Positions 58,994 through 64,000 of a stretch of 64,000 bases of DNA are shown here, piece by piece. Source of the DNA: an uncultured Opitutia bacterium. Its GTDB lineage: Bacteria > Verrucomicrobiota > Verrucomicrobiia > Opitutales > Seribacteraceae. The notes under the pieces are model-generated. The model saw nothing but the letters and a program-made list of their open reading frames with translations, made no database searches and was not told where the DNA came from. Position 1 is the stretch's first letter. Each line of letters opens with the position of its first letter. The position numbers and the translations under genes were made by a program. Location of the stretch: NCBI GenBank assembly GCA_963934295.1, contig CAWVXY010000004.1, positions 56,049-120,048 of the forward strand, given 5' to 3'.

Positions 58994-60175
58994 TTAGTCC
59001 GCATCTCGCTTGTCAACGAATTCGTCAAAAACTTTTTTATCATGATTGATCGCACGGTAAGTACGAACATTATCTTTGATCTCAACTTCAATGACATGGC
59101 GGGTTGGTTCGAATTTTTCAACATACCAATACTCTTTGGCTCCGGGCTTCCGAGTCTTTACCCCCCAAGCTCCATCTCCAATATATAGCGTGCCATCTTG
59201 GTTTACTTTGTCCCCCTTCAAAAGTTTAGAACGCTTATAAACATGGTGATCGTTTTCAAAGGCAGCATCCAGACCAAATTGGTCAAACAAGGGAACCCAA
59301 TGCTTTCTCATACTTTTACTGATGGGACTATTCAAACCGCCCTTCATAATTCCATAAGCTGGGAAGTGATAGAGAGCAAATAAGTGGGTACGATCCTTGC
59401 GAGAAGAGAGCGAGGATTGTAAAAATTCGACCTGACTTTCAATAGAATATGTATGAGAGGAATCGAGTATCACCACGGATAAATCTTCGAATAGATCGAT
59501 TGTGTAATAGGATTTCAGTTTTTGTGGAAGTGGGAACAGGTTATAAAACATAGGAGCTTCCTTGGGAGTTTTTCCATACCCGCCATTGACCTCATGGTTT
59601 CCAATCGCCACCACAAAAGGAATTGAATATCCGTCCTCGCTCACCGCATGATCTGCGTATTCCTCAATCCAATCTAGCCACCGCTCCCACGACTGACCAT
59701 TTGCATAAGCCAAGTCGCCACCCAGCAATGCAAAGTTGGGGGCACGGGAAGCCATCGCCTTCACCCCACCCTTGTGAAAATCGGGAGAATGCATCATATC
59801 CCCACCGGTCACAAAACTAATGCGATCGGGTCGCTTGACCGGTAAGGTTCGAGCACGAAATTCCTTATCGCCTAAAAATACCCGATAGCCTGTGTTGGGA
59901 TTCAAACCTGTAAGTTGAACCTGACAAACCTCCAATCCCGAGCCCTTGTAAAAAGAATGTCTTTGAACCTCTGCAGATTGTGTGTCTTTTTGATCCGTTT
60001 TGCCCCAAAGAAAAAGGGTTGAATCTTTATCTTTCACTAACCAAATCACATTGAGCGTGGTGGAAGGAGAATCCGTCCAGGTAAAAAGAGCTTCCTCAAT
60101 ACCCTTAGCTCCCTTCAGAGAAAATGAGAGAACGACAGATGTAAATGTAAGGAGGATGGGAAAGGATAATTTCAT
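58994..60175 (-). CDS. Purple-acid-phosphatase-like metallophosphoesterase with an N-terminal FN3-like domain, secreted
   Basis: FVTGGDM, LLGGDLAYANG, IGNHE, and FALYHFPAY...NDHH form the calcineurin-like metal-site series. The N-terminal ~110 aa beta domain occurs as in PAPs. Confidence 0.7.
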   Translation of the reverse strand: MKLSFPILLTFTSVVLSFSLKGAKGIEEALFTWTDSPSTTLNVIWLVKDKDSTLFLWGKTDQKDTQSAEVQRHSFYKGSGLEVCQVQLTGLNPNTGYRVFLGDKEFRARTLPVKRPDRISFVTGGDMMHSPDFHKGGVKAMASRAPNFALLGGDLAYANGQSWERWLDWIEEYADHAVSEDGYSIPFVVAIGNHEVNGGYGKTPKEAPMFYNLFPLPQKLKSYYTIDLFEDLSVVILDSSHTYSIESQVEFLQSSLSSRKDRTHLFALYHFPAYGIMKGGLNSPISKSMRKHWVPLFDQFGLDAAFENDHHVYKRSKLLKGDKVNQDGTLYIGDGAWGVKTRKPGAKEYWYVEKFEPTRHVIEVEIKDNVRTYRAINHDKKVFDEFVDKRDAD

Positions 60176-60253
60176 AAGGTTTATTGGAGATTTATAGATT
60201 GGGAGTTATGATTCAGTTCAGTTTTAGGGAGTTTTTACAAATAAATAAATTAA

Positions 60254-62203
60254 TCACTTAAGCAATAAGCTTCGCTCGGGCTCTCTTCCATAACCGGTCA
60301 CCTTTAACTTACCCTGATGAACACTAATGATCGAGTAGGCATTATCTTCCGTCTCTACCATTCCTTTTAGGGTTAGGTAGTGAATACCATTCTTTTGACC
60401 ATACTTCCCTTTGTGGTTGTGGCCATTTATGTATGCCTTGACGCAGGAGAACTCTTCGAACAATGAAATGATTTCCCCTGCATTCCATAGGTTATGGGGA
60501 TCTGCAGGATAAACAGGGAAGTGGCAAAAGACTGCCACTTGTTCTTTTTGTTTTTCCGCTTTCTGTAAGATCTTACGCAACCATGCCACTTGCTCACTTC
60601 CTACCGCTCCGTTCCACCTAGGAGAACGAATCTTATTCTCCCGGTAATATCTCTCTGCATCCTTATACTTAGGACTATTTTTGGGATAGGCATGAAAACT
60701 GACATCGTTCCCGTCCAACACGACGAACCGCCAGTCTTTCACACTGAATTCATAGTATTTTGATTTCATACCCATTCGCTCAACTACCTTGCCTTTCAAC
60801 TCGTCAGCCACTTCGAAATCATGATTTCCGAGAGCGTGATAAGCCGGCATTTGTAAGGATTGATAAATGGGTAGTACCTTATCAAAACTTGAGTAGTCAC
60901 GATCGATAAAATCTCCTAGGTGGATCACAAACTCGAGATCATGCTTATTCAACTCGGCGACACATTCTTTTAGCTTTCCGACGGAGGCAGAATAATGCCT
61001 CGAACCACGATTGGGTCCGGCACAATACTGACAGTCAGCAATCGCACCAAAGGAGAATTTATATTTGGTAGCATTCCTTTTTTGAGCAAGCCATGGACTC
61101 ACTTTCTCGAACCATGCATCAGCATGGGCTTCCAACCCCGGTCCGCTAAAGTGAACCCCCTGTCCGTCACGCTCTCGTAATTTCCCTTTTAACTGATCAG
61201 TATCCGGGCCCTCCAGTGCTACTCCATTTTTCCACAGAGCAGCCTGAGCTGTGCGAATATTCGGATCCGCTTCATCACCCGGTACATGATAGGTGGCTTG
61301 TGCGACAAACCATGGAACATCCCATTCAAGATCTGCTCGGGTCTTTAAAATTAATTGGGTAAGATACTTTTCATAAAGAGGACCGGAAAGTGTGCGTGTG
61401 GGATCTTTTTGATTGGCATCACTCTCTCCCTGATGCCAGAGCACGGCACGAAAACCATTCTTTCCAAATACTTTCATACGCTCAATAAATCCGGGGTATA
61501 TCTTCCCTAAACTTTCCCATTCGCCATCATTAATTTTTCGAACCTTGTTTTCAACGGTTGGAGGATTTGGAAACCTTGAGCCTTGGGGCAGCCATTCACG
61601 CACGCTGGTTCCACCCTGCCCGTAGGCGATAATTCCAATGGGTAGGTTCAATTTCTTACTCAATGCATCACCGAGCAAAGGCATAATACTTCCACCCCTT
61701 CCACCGGCTCCCGGTTGTGGGTCAATTGCCAACTGCCATTTCTTATTATCGAAATCAAAAGCAGAAACCAATCTCGTCTTAGTTAACTGTTTTATCTCCC
61801 CGTAATTTCCAGAATTTGATTGGCCCGCTACCACAAATACCTCGCCTACACCGAACTGAACCACTTGAGATCGGTGATCGGGAGTCCTGCTATCTCTTAC
61901 CTCAAGAGTATGCCAACCACCAGCCCGCACCCTAAGACGAGCAACAAATCTTTCATCTTTCCATTCGCCATTTGCGTTTTCCCAAGATCTATTTTTATCC
62001 AAACGATATTCCAGTGGAACGTTTTTAGAAACCGGTAATGAAGTAGCAACCTTAATTTCTACCCAAGCCACATTACCTGAATCTCTTTGAATGACCTGGT
62101 GTTCAACCGGGGAGATTATTCGATAGGTGAGTTCGGTCTTCTCGGCTTGGACATAGCCAATGAAAATGGAAAAAAGAACGGCCAACCATAGAACAACTTT
62201 CAT
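60254..62203 (-). CDS. Exported fusion of a SASA/DUF303 SGNH esterase domain with an ADPRibase-Mn-like metallophosphoesterase domain
   Basis: Residues ~118-370 (61094-61852): VFVVAGQSNSGNYG, AVLWHQGESDA, DGQGVHFSG. Residues ~381-640 (60254-61063): FGAIADCQY (D-x-Q in motif I), HLGDFIDR, GNHDF, FCHFP, NGHNHKG. N-terminal signal peptide plus a ~100-aa beta domain. Confidence 0.7.
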   Translation of the reverse strand: MKVVLWLAVLFSIFIGYVQAEKTELTYRIISPVEHQVIQRDSGNVAWVEIKVATSLPVSKNVPLEYRLDKNRSWENANGEWKDERFVARLRVRAGGWHTLEVRDSRTPDHRSQVVQFGVGEVFVVAGQSNSGNYGEIKQLTKTRLVSAFDFDNKKWQLAIDPQPGAGGRGGSIMPLLGDALSKKLNLPIGIIAYGQGGTSVREWLPQGSRFPNPPTVENKVRKINDGEWESLGKIYPGFIERMKVFGKNGFRAVLWHQGESDANQKDPTRTLSGPLYEKYLTQLILKTRADLEWDVPWFVAQATYHVPGDEADPNIRTAQAALWKNGVALEGPDTDQLKGKLRERDGQGVHFSGPGLEAHADAWFEKVSPWLAQKRNATKYKFSFGAIADCQYCAGPNRGSRHYSASVGKLKECVAELNKHDLEFVIHLGDFIDRDYSSFDKVLPIYQSLQMPAYHALGNHDFEVADELKGKVVERMGMKSKYYEFSVKDWRFVVLDGNDVSFHAYPKNSPKYKDAERYYRENKIRSPRWNGAVGSEQVAWLRKILQKAEKQKEQVAVFCHFPVYPADPHNLWNAGEIISLFEEFSCVKAYINGHNHKGKYGQKNGIHYLTLKGMVETEDNAYSIISVHQGKLKVTGYGREPERSLLLK

Positions 62204-62221
62204 ATCAAATTTACGAAAATA

Positions 62222-64000
62222 CTATTCCACCACATGGATGGTGTGATCAATGCGCCCTTTGATCTCTTCTCCCTTGGCTGATTTGATATCGTAATCAATC
62301 TGAGCCATGTGAACCGGTTTTAAATTTGGAATATGTAAAACCACTGTCTTTCCATCATCCAGTAATTCCACTTTTTTCAACTCAAGTTCTTTTACTGGGA
62401 TCTCTGGAGATCCATAATTGAAAGACCACTTTAAATTCCATGCTCCAAACTTAAACTGAGAAATGGAATTTGCAGCTTCAGGATCAAGGGGTTCATAAAA
62501 GCCAATTTCAACGATATCTTTTTTAACCTTAATCGATTTTGGCAAATGAACTGGTTTACCGGTGTATCGAATACGATCCAATCCACCGTTTCCTTTGGCA
62601 TTAGTTTGCCACCCCTTAAGCCCAGAAACATAAAGTTGTCCATCCCTAAGGTTCATTCTGGCTCTCATTGCACTACTGGAAAGTTCAACTGGGATCCTGG
62701 CGACACCACCCTGCATCTGGCCATCCTTCTCTTCCTTAAGCACGACGTACATTTTACTTTGTCCGTAAGAGAGATGAAGTAATTGGTCTTTAAGTGGCCC
62801 CCATTTGCTACTGGTTACCCAGGCCTGCCCGCCTCCGGAATTATCAATCCCGCGCTTCTTGCTCATCCATACGAGCGGCTTAGGGGCTTCATTAGGATCA
62901 TGCTGAAAACCTTCGCGGGCATCCGCTTTATATTTTTTCCAATCCTTGTATTCGATTTCATATCCTGCGATTGGAGAGCTCTTTAATTTTCTGGTTCCAT
63001 GATAGGAATCAACCACCCCATTAAAACTTCCAGGCTTTACCCAATGCAGGGGTGCCGTTGGTACGAAAGATCCCTCATTATCCCCGGTGGTCACTTCTCC
63101 ATTCGGCCCAACTCCAATTCCATTAGGCGCCCGAAAGCCACTTGCATAAATAGACATTTCTTTTCCATCGGGAGAAACTTTGATCACGGAGCCGTGCTGT
63201 TTCCCCATTCTCTCAAACCCACGACCGCCTGCCCGTACGGGACAACCCATGGCAAAGTAAAAATTTCCTTCGGGATCGGTATGTAAATCAAAACAAAAGG
63301 CGTGAAACCCCTCCGTATTCTCCCAGTCGTTATTAAAGTTTTCCAAGAAGTCGGCTTCGTTATCTCCATTGAAATCATGAAATCGGGTAATTTGATTATC
63401 TCCGACGGTGTAGATTTTTTCATTCACGATTTTCAGTCCGAGTGGTTCATGTAAACCGGTGGCAAATCGTTTCCAGGTTACCTTGTCCAGTTTTTCATCA
63501 ATATAGGAAACAATCCACACATCCCCATCCCAGGTACATACCGCCGCAGTCTTTCCGTCCTTAAAAAAATCAAAAGCACCGATTCGCATCTTGGGTTCAT
63601 GTGGGTTATTGAAAGGAACCCCGATCTTGTCGACCACATAGGCATCAGTCTGATTATCCGAAAGTTCACTTTCCACCGTGATCGTATCGCCCCATTGCAC
63701 AGAGCCTCCGCCGGTAAGCTTGGATAAATCCTCAGCCTTTCCGGCTACAGACTGAACGGCAGGCTGATAAGCCGGATCGCCTGCCCACATCGCAACCTTA
63801 AATCGACTCTTTCCTTTGGGCACTTCGCAAAGTAAAAGGTTTTCCCAGACAAATAATTTTACGCCATTCGAGAAATCCACCAATGAAAAGTTACAGGTTC
63901 GCCCTTCCAAGGAAACAGTAAATGTTTGATCTATCTTCTCAATTTGTGAGTCATCATTCTCTGCCAACAGCATCACGGATGTCGAAGGGTGTTCGACCTG
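62222..64000 (-). CDS. Beta-propeller (sorbosone/glucose dehydrogenase-like) PVC 'membrane-bound dehydrogenase' family protein, C-terminal part. The 5' end lies outside the window.
   Basis: The frame stays open to nt 64000, and the GTG at 63976 used in the ORF track is internal. GFRAPNGIGVGPNGEVTTGDNEGS parallels GYRNPCDFALNRDGEMF in the other paralogs. FNGDNEADF loop. C-terminal beta-sandwich-like tail. Confidence 0.55.
   Translation of the reverse strand, partial: QVEHPSTSVMLLAENDDSQIEKIDQTFTVSLEGRTCNFSLVDFSNGVKLFVWENLLLCEVPKGKSRFKVAMWAGDPAYQPAVQSVAGKAEDLSKLTGGGSVQWGDTITVESELSDNQTDAYVVDKIGVPFNNPHEPKMRIGAFDFFKDGKTAAVCTWDGDVWIVSYIDEKLDKVTWKRFATGLHEPLGLKIVNEKIYTVGDNQITRFHDFNGDNEADFLENFNNDWENTEGFHAFCFDLHTDPEGNFYFAMGCPVRAGGRGFERMGKQHGSVIKVSPDGKEMSIYASGFRAPNGIGVGPNGEVTTGDNEGSFVPTAPLHWVKPGSFNGVVDSYHGTRKLKSSPIAGYEIEYKDWKKYKADAREGFQHDPNEAPKPLVWMSKKRGIDNSGGGQAWVTSSKWGPLKDQLLHLSYGQSKMYVVLKEEKDGQMQGGVARIPVELSSSAMRARMNLRDGQLYVSGLKGWQTNAKGNGGLDRIRYTGKPVHLPKSIKVKKDIVEIGFYEPLDPEAANSISQFKFGAWNLKWSFNYGSPEIPVKELELKKVELLDDGKTVVLHIPNLKPVHMAQIDYDIKSAKGEEIKGRIDHTIHVVE

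Noticed and set aside
1-64000. Search for CRISPR arrays, tRNA/rRNA genes, IS elements, integrases, toxin-antitoxin pairs or known defence-system hallmarks (nucleases, STAND/AAA ATPases, reverse transcriptases, methyltransferases)
   Set aside because: I recognised none by eye in any ORF or spacer. The spacers are short or AT-rich and lack direct-repeat periodicity or cloverleaf-like segments. A tRNAscan, Infernal or defence-HMM run would be needed to make this negative result firm.

Overview
This 64-kb window is gene-dense chromosomal DNA. I saw no rRNA, tRNA, CRISPR array, transposase, integrase or phage gene. The gene content points to a marine, polysaccharide-degrading member of the PVC superphylum (Verrucomicrobia, Lentisphaerae or Planctomycetes-like). 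Supporting content: three Cys-type sulfatases (one frameshifted) plus a formylglycine-generating enzyme; a DUF1549/DUF1553 + DUF1501 gene pair; four paralogs of the Pirellula/Verrucomicrobium-type beta-propeller/heme-binding 'membrane-bound dehydrogenase' family; two DUF1080 modules; GH127 and heparinase II/III-like enzymes; and many exported esterases and phosphoesterases. Housekeeping genes present are ilvA, a UDP-sugar pyrophosphorylase, an Old Yellow Enzyme and a SWIB-domain protein. There is also a 2035-aa thioester-containing alpha-2-macroglobulin. I found no recognisable defence or mobile system. The best candidates for undescribed biology are conserved but uncharacterised PVC modules, listed here. 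(1) A translationally coupled operon joins glycosidases and a sulfatase to a GYF-TM-DUF1549/1553 protein and a TAT-exported DUF1501 protein. (2) A ~10-kb same-strand cluster joins a heme-c beta-propeller protein to an SGNH-like protein lacking its serine, a GDPD, a PhoD-like phosphatase and DUF1080. (3) An RND/LolA-like/beta-barrel trio. (4) An exported SASA-esterase/ADPRibase-Mn-like phosphoesterase fusion. (5) Gene remnants flank a heparinase-like gene at the edge of a higher-GC block. All functional calls rest on motif recognition by eye. No database search was run.
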